Of a DNA stretch of 64,000 bases, positions 20,037-29,537 are shown in pieces (position 1 is the first letter of the stretch; each line of letters opens with the position of its first letter). This DNA comes from a bacterium (GTDB lineage Bacteria > JAAXHH01): the NCBI GenBank assembly GCA_963665755.1, contig OY762445.1:2214590-2278589 (forward strand). Direction: 5' to 3'. Under the pieces are notes generated by a model. That model ran no database searches, was not told where the DNA came from, and saw only the letters and a list, made by a program, of their open reading frames with translations. A program made the translations under genes and the position numbers.

Positions 20037-22770
20037 CCAGCTGCTCGCGCTGTCCCAGGCCAGCGACGAAATGTTGCGCAGCGTGTTTCACCGGGACCGC
20101 CACGCCACGTTACGCACGGTGACCCGGTGCGTTCACGACCTGCTGGATGCCGAGTACTGCGGCATCTTCCTGGCGCCGGACGACGCGCCGCACGAACTCG
20201 AACTGACGGCGCAGTACTCGGACCTGTCCGGTCACGACGATCCGGCGCCGGTCCGCCTGCGGATACACAGCGACACCCGGGGCGGCATGACCGGCCATAT
20301 CGCCGAGCAGGGAGACGTCGTGCGCCTGCGCGGCACGCAGATCACCGAAAGTCCCTTCTATACCTCGGAAGTGCGCGAATACCTCGCCAGCAAGAAGCTG
20401 CGATCCCTCCTCGCCATTCCGCTCAAGGATCCCAAGGACCTGGTCCTGGGACTCGTCAAGGTGGAAAACAAGAAGCGGCCCGACGGTCCATCCTCGGAGT
20501 CCGGCTTCGACGAAGCCGACGAATCCATCGCTCGCATCCTGGCCAATACCATCTCGCTCGTCCTGGAGCATCTGAGGACGGATTCCATCAACCGGAGCCT
20601 CGTGCAGGCGATTCACTCGATCCGGGACCGCGGGTCCATGCTCGAAGAGATCCTGCGCTGCAGCCGTGCGCTCGTCCACGCCGACCGAAGCGATCTCGCC
20701 CTCTGGAACGACGCGCTCGGCGACCTGGTCGTGGGCGCCCAGTTGGGGGAGCGCACGATGACCATGAGCCGGCCGGTCCCGGGACCCAGCATCGTGCGCC
20801 GGCTTTGGAACGATCCCGGCCTGCGCGAGGTCTGCGTTCCCGACGTTTCGGCAGACCCGTACTACCATGCGATCGACGGCAGAACCCGCAGCCAGGCGTT
20901 GGTCAAGCTTCGGTTCGAGGACCGGGACATCGGCGTACTGAGCGTGGAATCCTTCAACGAAGACGCCTTCGACGAGCACGACCTGGAGATGCTCCAGTGG
21001 CTGGGCCACTACGCGGCCATCGCCTACCAGGTCGTCGGCAGGGAAGTCCAGTTCCGCGGGATCGTCGAGCGCCTTGTCGAACAGTCGCCGCCCCGCGACG
21101 AACTGCTCAACCGGATCCTCGTCAGCATCCGGTCGATCTACGGGTTCACCGACTGCGTAATCTACACCGTGGACAACGCGGAGCAGATGCTCCAGTGCCG
21201 TTCGTTCATCGGTTGCGAGGGATTCGACGAAGACCCCTCGGTGCTGAGTTACCGGTTCGACGAAAACACTCTTGCGAGCAAGGTTTACCGCGATCGCAAG
21301 GGATACCTGTGCGTCGATCCCCAGACGGATCCCTACATCAGCCGGCACGCTCTCCACCGGTTCAAATTCACGACGCCCATACTCGCCATCCCCCTGATTT
21401 ACAACGAGAAAGTCGTGGGCACGTGCACCCTCTGGAGCCAGTCCGGGAAGGTGACGCCCGGTGAGCATCACCTGGTCGAGATGGAACCCTTTGCCCGGCT
21501 GGCGGCCGCGAACATCGCCCTGGCGGAGACCGAGCGGCACCGAAGCACCGTACTGGAATCGATCCAGGAAATCCTCACGCTCATGCAGACCGAGATGTCG
21601 CGGGACAAGAACCTGCGTCTCATCCTCCAGGGCGTACAGGCCGCGGGATTCGACAGGGTACGCATCTACGAGACGGACGAGACCCGGGAGAAACTAGTCG
21701 GGATCGACTCCGTCGGCATGGCCGATCCCGAAGCCTTCATCGGTTATTCCATGACCATCAGGGACAATCCCTACGTCGACCACGTGGCGAAGCAGTCCCT
21801 GACCCGGCCCACCGCCTGCTGGTTCGACCCGGCCGACCCCGCCTTCTGGGGGACGGACCCGGCCGCCGCCAGCCTGGGCAAGGACGACGATCTGCCCTGG
21901 CTGGACGTTCCCCTGGTCATCGCGGGCAGATTCTACGGCATGATCGGCGCGGACAACATGCACACCCGCCGCGAAATCACCAGCGATCACCTGGATTTCA
22001 TGAACGTCGTGGGCGCCCTGACCGCGCAGGTCATCGCCAACTCGCAGACCGTCGACCTCTTGCGCGACCGCACCCGCGCCGAGGCGCGGAGCGAACTGGC
22101 CCAGCGGACGCTCCACGCCTTGAAGACGCCCGCCATGGCCACGCAGATCTTCCTTCGGCATCTCGGCGAGACGGTCGTCGACACGCCGTCGAACAACGGC
22201 CGGGCGGGAGAGCTCATGGACAAGATCCGCGGACAGGTCGACCGCATCGCCGCGATCGCGGAGGACATGCAGCGGCTGACCAAGCTGACTTTCACACCGA
22301 AACGAAGGGTGAACATTAACGAGGTGGTGCGCCGCACCGTCCTGGACGGCCTGATCAGCGACGACTGCCGCGCGGAGTTCGACTTTGCGGAACCATCGCC
22401 CGTCGTCGAGGTAAACGTGGAGGAAATCGACCAGGTCATCACCGAACTGACCGGCAACGCGTGGAAGGTCATGGGGTACCGGGGAAATATCCAGGTATCC
22501 ACCCGGACGGGTTCCTCCGCCGACTATCCCCGTTTGTTGCACGGGAAGGAAGGACGGTACGTGCTGATCGACGTGCGCGATTCGGGCCCCGGGATCCCGG
22601 AGTCCATGCTCAAGGAACTCTTCGAACCCGGCGTGTCGACCACCGGCGGTTCCGGACTCGGGCTGTATGCCATACGGACCATCGCCGAGGAGCACCAGGG
22701 CGAGGTCTGGCTCGAGGATACCGGTCCGCACGGCGCCACCTTTACCTTCGCCCTGCCCCTTGCGGGCTGA
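20011..22770 (+). CDS. cytoplasmic multi-GAF-domain sensor histidine kinase
   Basis: A 919-aa ORF with no TM segments and several GAF-like modules. It ends with an HATPase_c module (N, G1, G2 boxes: ELTGNAWKV ... DSGPGIPE ... [10 protein letters not shown]). A candidate phospho-His lies in 'RTLHALKTP'. Confidence 0.75.
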   Translation: MNVPSVPVDQLLALSQASDEMLRSVFHRDRHATLRTVTRCVHDLLDAEYCGIFLAPDDAPHELELTAQYSDLSGHDDPAPVRLRIHSDTRGGMTGHIAEQGDVVRLRGTQITESPFYTSEVREYLASKKLRSLLAIPLKDPKDLVLGLVKVENKKRPDGPSSESGFDEADESIARILANTISLVLEHLRTDSINRSLVQAIHSIRDRGSMLEEILRCSRALVHADRSDLALWNDALGDLVVGAQLGERTMTMSRPVPGPSIVRRLWNDPGLREVCVPDVSADPYYHAIDGRTRSQALVKLRFEDRDIGVLSVESFNEDAFDEHDLEMLQWLGHYAAIAYQVVGREVQFRGIVERLVEQSPPRDELLNRILVSIRSIYGFTDCVIYTVDNAEQMLQCRSFIGCEGFDEDPSVLSYRFDENTLASKVYRDRKGYLCVDPQTDPYISRHALHRFKFTTPILAIPLIYNEKVVGTCTLWSQSGKVTPGEHHLVEMEPFARLAAANIALAETERHRSTVLESIQEILTLMQTEMSRDKNLRLILQGVQAAGFDRVRIYETDETREKLVGIDSVGMADPEAFIGYSMTIRDNPYVDHVAKQSLTRPTACWFDPADPAFWGTDPAAASLGKDDDLPWLDVPLVIAGRFYGMIGADNMHTRREITSDHLDFMNVVGALTAQVIANSQTVDLLRDRTRAEARSELAQRTLHALKTPAMATQIFLRHLGETVVDTPSNNGRAGELMDKIRGQVDRIAAIAEDMQRLTKLTFTPKRRVNINEVVRRTVLDGLISDDCRAEFDFAEPSPVVEVNVEEIDQVITELTGNAWKVMGYRGNIQVSTRTGSSADYPRLLHGKEGRYVLIDVRDSGPGIPESMLKELFEPGVSTTGGSGLGLYAIRTIAEEHQGEVWLEDTGPHGATFTFALPLAG

Positions 22771-22814
22771 ACGACTTTCCGGACACTGACAGACTGAATG
22801 ACGGGCATGCCATG

Positions 22815-23975
22815 GCCAAACCCCTCGTACTGCTCCTCGACGACGATCCAGCCATGATCGATGCCGTTTCCCTCGATCTGGAACCGGCCTTCGACGTCAT
22901 CTGCGCCAATGGCGTGGATGAATGCGTGGAGCGGATCGGCAGCGCCCGCGGCGCCGTCGACGTGGCGGTGATCGACATGTGGATCGAAACGGACCGGGAA
23001 GGCGGAATCGAAGCGATCCGGCGCATCCGGGCCCTGGAGTCTCCGCCCGAATGCGTCGTGCTGACCGCCTACGGCACCCAGCCAAACATCGTGAAGTGCA
23101 TGGAGGCGGGGGCCTTCAGTTACGTGGAGAAATCGGGCCGGGTCGCCGACGATACGACCGGGCTGCTGATCACGGCCATCAACCGGGCGTTGGAAACGCG
23201 CCACCTGAAACAGCTCGAGGCGGCCCAGGAACAGATCAAGGCGGATGAGCGTCTCAAGCAGGACATCCAGCGCGCCTACGAGATCCAGCGTTCCATGTTG
23301 CCCCAGGAGGACTTGGCGCACGCCGGTATGCGGTTCACCGGTTACTGCCGGCCGGCCGAGAACGTGGGGGGCGACTATTACGACTACTTCGCGCTGCCGG
23401 ACGGGCGGGTCGGCCTGCTGATCGGCGACGTGACCGGGCACGGGTTCAACGCGAGCCTGATCATGGCCATGGCGCGCAGCTGCCGGTCCACGCAGACCCG
23501 GGTCGACCCCGATGTCCCGCCGGTCATGGACGCCCTCAACCGGATCGTGCAGACTACCGGTTCCGACTGGCTCTTCATGACGGTCTGCTACCTGCTGATT
23601 GATCTGGACGCGCGCCGGTACGCCTACGCCAACGCCGGCCATCACTACCCGCTTCACTACCACGCGGACACCCGCACGGCTGAACCCCTGGAATCCACCT
23701 GCCCCCTGCTGGGGATTGACGCCAACACGACATTCAATGCCGTGGAACGGTCCTGGAACCCGGGCGACACGCTGGTCCTCTTTTCGGACGGGATCGTCGA
23801 GGCGGAAAACGCCACGGAAGAGATCTTCGGAGAAGACCGCCTCCGCGCGCTCGTGGAAACCCATGGACACGAACCGCCGGCGGACCTGAAGCAGCGTATA
23901 ATCGACGCCGTCGAGACGTTCAGCCAGGGCGTTCCGTTCATGGACGACGTGACGCTCGTGGTGGCGAGACTCTAG
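22815..23975 (+). CDS. response regulator with receiver domain fused to a PP2C-type (SpoIIE/RsbU-like) phosphatase
   Basis: The receiver has acidic pocket/phospho-Asp motifs (LLLDDD..., VAVIDMWIE). The C-terminal PP2C has the GGDYYDY metal motif and GDVTGHG. The start was chosen at MAKPLV. The 22461 extension is rejected because it overlaps the kinase. Confidence 0.8.
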   Translation, partial: AKPLVLLLDDDPAMIDAVSLDLEPAFDVICANGVDECVERIGSARGAVDVAVIDMWIETDREGGIEAIRRIRALESPPECVVLTAYGTQPNIVKCMEAGAFSYVEKSGRVADDTTGLLITAINRALETRHLKQLEAAQEQIKADERLKQDIQRAYEIQRSMLPQEDLAHAGMRFTGYCRPAENVGGDYYDYFALPDGRVGLLIGDVTGHGFNASLIMAMARSCRSTQTRVDPDVPPVMDALNRIVQTTGSDWLFMTVCYLLIDLDARRYAYANAGHHYPLHYHADTRTAEPLESTCPLLGIDANTTFNAVERSWNPGDTLVLFSDGIVEAENATEEIFGEDRLRALVETHGHEPPADLKQRIIDAVETFSQGVPFMDDVTLVVARL

Positions 23976-24078
23976 GGCGGTATTACGGGACGAAAGTTTT
24001 CGATCGAAACACCAGATGCCATGCCCGTGGTGCGTTGCGAGCGAAACCAAGGCGTTGCGCTGAGTTGAGGACACTGTC

Positions 24079-24660
24079 TTGAAAATTGTCGAAGAACCCC
24101 TGACAAGGCTGACCGAGCACGGCCAGGTGCCCATCGCCTTCGTGGTGAAATCCCGTTTCCGGACCGATCCGGTGGACGGCGGCCTGGGTGGCATCGCGCT
24201 GGTGGAAGAACCGGTGGATCCGCCCTACGTCAAGGACTACGATCAGACTACCGAGGAAGGACCCGCCGGATGGCTCGGGCGGTGGCGCGAGCGGTGGGAC
24301 ACTTCGGCGTGGGGGATGCTTGCGGCCTATGACGGTTCTCGACGGGTGGGCGGGGCGGTACTTGCCCGGCGCACGGCCAGAGTGAACATGCTGGAGGGGC
24401 GGGACGACCTGACGGTGCTTTGGGACCTGCGCGTCCACCCGGACTATCGCGGGACCGGCGTCGGGCGAGCTTTGTTCGAAGCCACCGTGGAATGGGCGCG
24501 CCGACACGGTTGCGTCGAGTTGAAGATCGAAACCCAGAATAACAACGTTCCCGCGTGCAGGTTCTATGCCCGCCAGGGGTGCCGCCTGGGTGCCATCATC
24601 TCCAACGCCTACGAGGAGTTCCCGGACGAGATTCAGCTGATATGGCGCCTGCCGCTCTGA
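24079..24660 (+). CDS. GNAT-family N-acetyltransferase
   Basis: Acetyl-CoA-binding motif A (R/QxxGxG/A: YRGTGVGRALFE) and the overall GNAT fold pattern. 193 aa. Confidence 0.75.
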   Translation: MKIVEEPLTRLTEHGQVPIAFVVKSRFRTDPVDGGLGGIALVEEPVDPPYVKDYDQTTEEGPAGWLGRWRERWDTSAWGMLAAYDGSRRVGGAVLARRTARVNMLEGRDDLTVLWDLRVHPDYRGTGVGRALFEATVEWARRHGCVELKIETQNNNVPACRFYARQGCRLGAIISNAYEEFPDEIQLIWRLPL

Positions 24661-24912
24661 CGGGGATTTGCGCCTTGCGTCCCGGTTGCGGCGGCTTATA
24701 ATGAGGAGTATCCGATAGTAGGGGAAGCTCCCGCGAAATTGAATGAAGCGTATCCGGCAGCACGGAAAGTAGCGCGGCACCTCGCATCGAGGTCGCCGGG
24801 ACATCATGGGCACCGGCCCGCCAAGAGCATCGACCTGACAAGAGCGCCTACTGTAAAGAGCGCAGGCCCGCTGAGGGCACCGGCTCACCTCGGGGTAGAT
24901 TGACGTAGAGCT

Positions 24913-24926
24913 GTACAATTGTACAA
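24913..24926. promoter_or_regulatory. perfect 14-bp palindrome TGTACAATTGTACA, a candidate operator upstream of the PhyH-family gene
   Basis: The sequence 'tgtacaattgtaca' is its own reverse complement. It is immediately preceded by TTGACG (24900-24905), a -35-like hexamer, and lies about 45 nt upstream of the ATG at 24973. Confidence 0.45.
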
Positions 24927-24972
24927 CTGAAAAGTCGGACCACAACCTGGACAGGCAGCCTCGGACCGCTCC

Positions 24973-25821
24973 ATGCACCCCACGCCCCTGACCGAATCGC
25001 AGCGACGTTCTTTTGAAGAGGACGGTTACCTCATCGTCCCGGGCGCGCTGGATCCCGCCCAGATCGAAGCGTTGACGGAAACCGGAAACCGGCTTATGGA
25101 AGGGTTCGAATATCCGGGTTTCTACGCCCATCACCGTCCCGGTCTCGTGCAGGAGAAGCCCTTTCTGGATCTCGTAACGAACGACCGCACGGTTCCGTTG
25201 ATCGTGGCCCTGCTCGGTTTCAATATCCACATCACGAACACGGCACTCATCCACAAGCACCCGGAGGCTTTCGGGGATACCGATCAAGTAAACTGGCACC
25301 GCGACGTGGGCGTTTCACTGGACGTGGGTCACGTGAAGCTGCCGCTGGTCGGCCTGAAGATCGGCTATTGCCTGACGGATTTCCCCGGTCCGGACACGGG
25401 CTCGACCCTGTTCGTCAAGGGCAGCAACAACATGAAGTCCGCGCTGGCGATACGCAAGGGGCAGATCCATCCAGACGAATACGTGCAGCCGGTCCTCCGG
25501 GCCGGCGACGCCTTTCTCTTCGAAAACCGTACCTACCACGCGGCCGGTCTGAATTTCACGAAACAGATCGCCAAGCTGGTCATCTACGGCTATCACTACC
25601 GGTGGATCAAGCCGGACCACTACATGCGGTTCTACAACGGCGCGCCGCAACCCGATGCCAGCCTGCTCGAGGGAACCGACGATGTGGGCCGCCAGTTACT
25701 GGGTGCGACGGTGGACTCCGAGGGCCGCGAAGCACCCGACGGCATCGACTGGCCCATCCGGGAATGGGCCGATCAGCACGGACTCGACGTAGCGCAGTAC
25801 ACGCATACCGTAGAAGCCTGA
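24973..25821 (+). CDS. phytanoyl-CoA dioxygenase (PhyH) family Fe(II)/2OG oxygenase
   Basis: H-R-D triad (NWHRDVG) and distal His (NRTYHAAGLNF). 282 aa. Confidence 0.75.
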   Translation: MHPTPLTESQRRSFEEDGYLIVPGALDPAQIEALTETGNRLMEGFEYPGFYAHHRPGLVQEKPFLDLVTNDRTVPLIVALLGFNIHITNTALIHKHPEAFGDTDQVNWHRDVGVSLDVGHVKLPLVGLKIGYCLTDFPGPDTGSTLFVKGSNNMKSALAIRKGQIHPDEYVQPVLRAGDAFLFENRTYHAAGLNFTKQIAKLVIYGYHYRWIKPDHYMRFYNGAPQPDASLLEGTDDVGRQLLGATVDSEGREAPDGIDWPIREWADQHGLDVAQYTHTVEA

Positions 25822-25890
25822 TCGACTTGCTCGACACTGACCGGACTGTTTCGAGAAGGTCCGCCGCAACCCCAGTCAGCGCAGGTTCTC

Positions 25891-26604
25891 ATGTACCTGA
25901 AACACATGCTTCCCCATCAACTGCGCGAGGCGGTGGAACGGGGCGACCCACTGCTGGTCCCCGCCGGATGCGTCGAGACCCACGGACCGCACATGGCCAT
26001 CGGCCACGATACGATCATCGTGGAAGAGATCTGCGACCGGGTGGGCAGACGCGTTGAAGCCGTCATCTCGCCGCCCTTCGACTTCGGCCCCACCGGCTAC
26101 GCACTGGGCGGCCCCGAGGACGGCACCATCGATCCCGACTACGATTCCTTCGGGGCGTACGTCAAGTCGATCCTGCGGAACTTCCTGGAGATGGGATTCC
26201 GTCGTGTATACGTGATGATCATGCACCAGGGCATGGAGGCGCCGCTGGCGCTCGCCTTCAAGAAGGCCGCAGCGGAACTGTCCTTCGAAATGGTCCTGGC
26301 CGAAGGCAAGCCGCGGGGATGGTGGGCGGACGCCGCGCTGTCCAGGGCGTCGCAACAATTCGGCCGGATCCGGGTACATCCAATGATCCTGCCTGCAGCG
26401 TCTCCACCGGCTGGAGGCGACCACGAAACGTCATTCCTGCTGGCCACGCGCCCCGAACTGGTGGACCAAGAGCAGCTGGACGAAAACGCGCCGTGGTACT
26501 GCCGGCAGGATGAAGAACGGAACAGCTGGACAGCCAACGCTGAACACGGGGCGTCGATGGTCGAAGCGGTCGTCGATGCCTGGGTCGAGTTATTACAGAA
26601 TTGA
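25891..26604 (+). CDS. creatininase-family amidohydrolase (creatinine amidohydrolase-like)
   Basis: Creatininase signature (PAGCVETHGPHMAIGHDTII). 237 aa. Confidence 0.7.
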   Translation: MYLKHMLPHQLREAVERGDPLLVPAGCVETHGPHMAIGHDTIIVEEICDRVGRRVEAVISPPFDFGPTGYALGGPEDGTIDPDYDSFGAYVKSILRNFLEMGFRRVYVMIMHQGMEAPLALAFKKAAAELSFEMVLAEGKPRGWWADAALSRASQQFGRIRVHPMILPAASPPAGGDHETSFLLATRPELVDQEQLDENAPWYCRQDEERNSWTANAEHGASMVEAVVDAWVELLQN

Positions 26605-26656
26605 TTTCTTTTGGCAGCGCTGAACGGTAGCGCCTGAACCTGGAAAGGAGCAAAGC

Positions 26657-27367
26657 ATGCGGTCCATTTTCGTCGGTATAGAATACGCCGGCAAATCCAC
26701 CCTCATCAATCTGCTGGACGCCTATTACCAAAAACGGAGACGCCGGACGCACCTGGATGATCATTTCACCATCCCGGACGCTTCACTGAGTCCAGTATCC
26801 AGGGCCCAGTACGTCCACTACCCCGACGACGTGAAAGAACGCATGCAGCGGATGCAACTGCACTACCACGTGGAGGTGATCCGCAACTACCCCCACACGC
26901 TGATCGCCGGCTGGCACATCGAGGAAGCCGTCTACTGCGACGTGTACGGCAACGTGGCAGGGAATTCCTATTACCCCAACTACATCTACCACAATCAGCG
27001 GCATTACGAGGTGATGGTGATGGAAGCCCGGCTGCCTGACGTCGTGCTGATCCATCTCACGGCTGACGACGAGGCGATCCGGGAACGCATGCGCACCGAT
27101 CCCCACGAGTACCAGGTCATCGACGAGAAGGATATACCGGATCTGAAGAAGCGCTTCGAGGACGAAGTCGACCGGTCGCTCCTGACGCGCAACGGCCACC
27201 TCATCACGCTGGATACGACCAAAAAGTCACCGGAGGAATCGCTGGACGAACTGCTGCTCAAGACGGATCCGCTGGTGACCGACGGGGAACTGGCCATGCG
27301 GGCCATGCCGGTGCCCGAGGGAGATTACGAGGTACGGTACGAGAAGGGTGTGCGGAAGATGGGTTAA
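26657..27367 (+). CDS. P-loop NTPase / nucleoside-(mono)phosphate kinase-like protein
   Basis: Walker A motif GIEYAGKST at the N-terminus, and an architecture resembling deoxynucleoside/thymidylate kinase-like P-loop kinases. 236 aa. Confidence 0.55.
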   Translation: MRSIFVGIEYAGKSTLINLLDAYYQKRRRRTHLDDHFTIPDASLSPVSRAQYVHYPDDVKERMQRMQLHYHVEVIRNYPHTLIAGWHIEEAVYCDVYGNVAGNSYYPNYIYHNQRHYEVMVMEARLPDVVLIHLTADDEAIRERMRTDPHEYQVIDEKDIPDLKKRFEDEVDRSLLTRNGHLITLDTTKKSPEESLDELLLKTDPLVTDGELAMRAMPVPEGDYEVRYEKGVRKMG

Positions 27368-27419
27368 ATGGACGGTGGTAAACACCTATTCAAGACTAAA
27401 TTGAGTCTGGATACTAGAT

Positions 27420-27450
27420 TGCCGACTCGTTTCTCGACTGTATTATAATA
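27420..27450 (+). promoter_or_regulatory. candidate sigma70 promoter (TTGCCG-N17-TATAAT) in front of the low-GC two-ORF islet
   Basis: 'ttgccgactcgtttctcgactgtattataat': a -35-like hexamer, a 17-nt spacer and a consensus TATAAT. Confidence 0.4.
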
Positions 27451-27525
27451 GCAGCGGCCATCGATCAGATCGGCTTTCTCAATACATGTTGTCAGTAAGG
27501 ACTTCGGTTCTAACTGGACCATCAT

Positions 27526-27765
27526 ATGGACAATCTGGCTTTGATAGTAGACTCGGTATCTACCATATGCCTCGTAGTCTTGGCAATCGTCACTCTGTCA
27601 TGGAAGTTCTCACAAAGAAATCAGGGCGAGTTGCAGGAGGTACGTGATTCCATTAATGAAATCAAAAACGTACTGTTTGACATCAATGGCAGACTGGGAC
27701 GAGTTGAAGGGCAGTTGGCTTCTGGCTTAGGTAGCAGCGAGGAGAAAATCAACGGTGACAAGTAG
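27526..27765 (+). CDS. small protein with an N-terminal TM helix and a C-terminal coiled coil (function unknown)
   Basis: A 79-aa ORF in a visibly AT-richer segment. It has one hydrophobic helix (LALIVDSVSTICLVVLAIVTLSW) followed by a heptad-like charged region. Confidence 0.35.
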   Translation: MDNLALIVDSVSTICLVVLAIVTLSWKFSQRNQGELQEVRDSINEIKNVLFDINGRLGRVEGQLASGLGSSEEKINGDK

Positions 27766-28030
27766 ATTGTCTGTAGAAGCCAAAACGCTGGTTCTGAAGG
27801 CCTTGCAAACCGAAGATGGGCTGATTTTGACCGGGCAGACTTTCGGAGGTTGGTTCATTCAGACCGGTAACTGGAATACCGGGTTTGTGAAAGGACACGA
27901 TGCGGCCAGATGGAAAGACGCACTGGAAACGTTGTATTTAAACCAGTTTATCAAACTTACCGGCGTCCACCTGTATGAACTCACATCCAATGGCCGGCAG
28001 TTGAGCGATTCGCTCAGTGCCGAAGATTAG
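27755..28030 (+). CDS. small hypothetical protein that overlaps the preceding ORF by 11 nt
   Basis: A 91-aa ORF, soluble. It starts inside the stop region of the previous ORF (translational coupling) and ends 10 nt before a strong intrinsic terminator. Confidence 0.35.
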   Translation: MTSRLSVEAKTLVLKALQTEDGLILTGQTFGGWFIQTGNWNTGFVKGHDAARWKDALETLYLNQFIKLTGVHLYELTSNGRQLSDSLSAED

Positions 28031-28040
28031 CATCTACCCT

Positions 28041-28072
28041 AAAAAAGCCCCGGGCAAAAGTCCGGGGCTTTT
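28041..28072. terminator. bidirectional rho-independent terminator
   Basis: AAAAAA-GCCCCGG-gcaaaagt-CCGGGGC-TTTT: a 7-bp GC stem with an A-run on one side and a T-run on the other. It sits between the convergent small-ORF pair (+) and the aminotransferase gene (-). Confidence 0.75.
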
Positions 28073-28145
28073 CCATTCTGGTTGGTGATTCAGGGCTATA
28101 TCCAATTTAACCAATACAATCCGATTGATCTAGCTTGTCGGGTTT

Positions 28146-29285
28146 CTAAGCCGCCATTTCCTTGCCCTGAGCATCCCTTATGCACTCCGCGAGAATGGGT
28201 ATGCCATCACGAATATCCTCAATAGTGGGAAAACCGAAGGCGATGCGCAGGAACGGAATGTCCTCGCCCAAGGCGCTGAATCCCTGTCCCGGCGTGTAGT
28301 AGACGCCGCGTCTCGCCGCCAGTTGGTGGGCCTTGCGCGTGTCCGTCGCCGATGGAATCCGTACCCACACGAACATGCCGCCGGGAGGATCCGTCCACCA
28401 GACCTCATCGCCCAACGCGCCGAAGTGGGCCTCCAGCGATTCGACGACCGCGTCCTTACGTGCCTTCATGACGCGGTTCACTTCTGCAATGTGGTCCCAG
28501 AGATGTTCGCCGAAGTATTCGGCAACGATCATGCTCGCCAGGGCGTTTGTTCCCCCATCCATCTTGTTGGCCATGATCCGCTGCTGCAGCGCCTCCGGGG
28601 CCATGAAATAGCCCTGCCGGACGCCTGGCCCGAGTATCTTGGAGAAAGAACCGACGTAAACGACCCGTTCGTCTTCGTCCAGATGATACAGGTTCGGCGG
28701 CACCGGATCGGACTGGAACACGATATCCCCGTAGCAGTGGTCGTCCACGACCGGCGTATCAAACTCGCGAGCCAGTTCGAGCAGGCGTTCCCGCCGTTCC
28801 AGCGGCATGATAGAACCCGTTGGATTGTGATGGGTGGGGATGGTGTAGATGAACTTCGGCGGCGTTCCCGCGTCGACGAGCCGCTTCAACACCGTCTCCA
28901 GTTCATCCGTGACCAGTCCCTGTTCGTCGAGCGGCGCAGGCACGATGCGCACCTGCCGGCTGCGAAACACACTCAGCGAGCCGCCGTAAGAAAAGGATTC
29001 CGTGACGATCGTGTCTTCGGGTGATGCAAAGGCGTCCGTGATCAACTGCAGCGCCTGCATCGAACCGGAGGTCAAGACGATCTCTTCCAGTGGGACCGCC
29101 CGTCCAGCGCCGCGCTCGAATCGCTGAGAAGCGATGGCTCTCAACGGTTCGTATCCCCTGCCGTCCGGGTAGTTTACCAGTTCCGCACCGCGTGTGGCAA
29201 TAACCTTTGCCGCGGCCTCGGCCAGCGCATCTGACGGGAAGGACAGGGGGTCGGGCCGTCCGGCGCCGAGATTGATCTCACGCAT
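28146..29285 (-). CDS. PLP-dependent aminotransferase (class I/II fold)
   Basis: A 379-aa ORF. The PLP lysine region 'VVYVGSFSKILGPGVRQGY' (SxSK motif) is present and the overall pattern is aminotransferase-like. Confidence 0.8.
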   Translation of the reverse strand: MREINLGAGRPDPLSFPSDALAEAAAKVIATRGAELVNYPDGRGYEPLRAIASQRFERGAGRAVPLEEIVLTSGSMQALQLITDAFASPEDTIVTESFSYGGSLSVFRSRQVRIVPAPLDEQGLVTDELETVLKRLVDAGTPPKFIYTIPTHHNPTGSIMPLERRERLLELAREFDTPVVDDHCYGDIVFQSDPVPPNLYHLDEDERVVYVGSFSKILGPGVRQGYFMAPEALQQRIMANKMDGGTNALASMIVAEYFGEHLWDHIAEVNRVMKARKDAVVESLEAHFGALGDEVWWTDPPGGMFVWVRIPSATDTRKAHQLAARRGVYYTPGQGFSALGEDIPFLRIAFGFPTIEDIRDGIPILAECIRDAQGKEMAA

Positions 29286-29537
29286 CGATTTGCTCCTGTA
29301 GGCGGCAAGTTACGACCATTTTTTTGGATTCCTCGGAATGGGTGTTCTGGAAAGTGAACCAAGGAATGTAGAGCGGCCTTCCCGCGCCTGTCAACCGCTT
29401 ATGCACGGACGCGGGGCGTCTTCAACCGTATTCGAGGCGCATTCAGCCGGATAAGTGGGCGCCGTTGACAGGATGCATGACCCTTTCTACATTGGTCCTA
29501 CCGGTACCAGCAACTGAATCTCTCCATCATATCGCCC

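Noticed and set aside
20110-21540. 476-aa minus-strand ORF and several other antisense ORFs within the GAF histidine-kinase gene
   Set aside because: No motifs and low-complexity composition. The sense frame yields GAF modules and a complete HATPase domain.
22461-22814. Upstream extension of the response-regulator ORF overlapping the end of the histidine-kinase gene
   Set aside because: The extension is the alternative frame of the kinase's HATPase domain. The receiver domain begins at MAKPLVLLLDDD.
22524-24194. 556-aa minus-strand ORF antisense to the RR-PP2C gene
   Set aside because: Shadow ORF. The sense strand has a receiver and a PP2C with intact metal-binding motifs.
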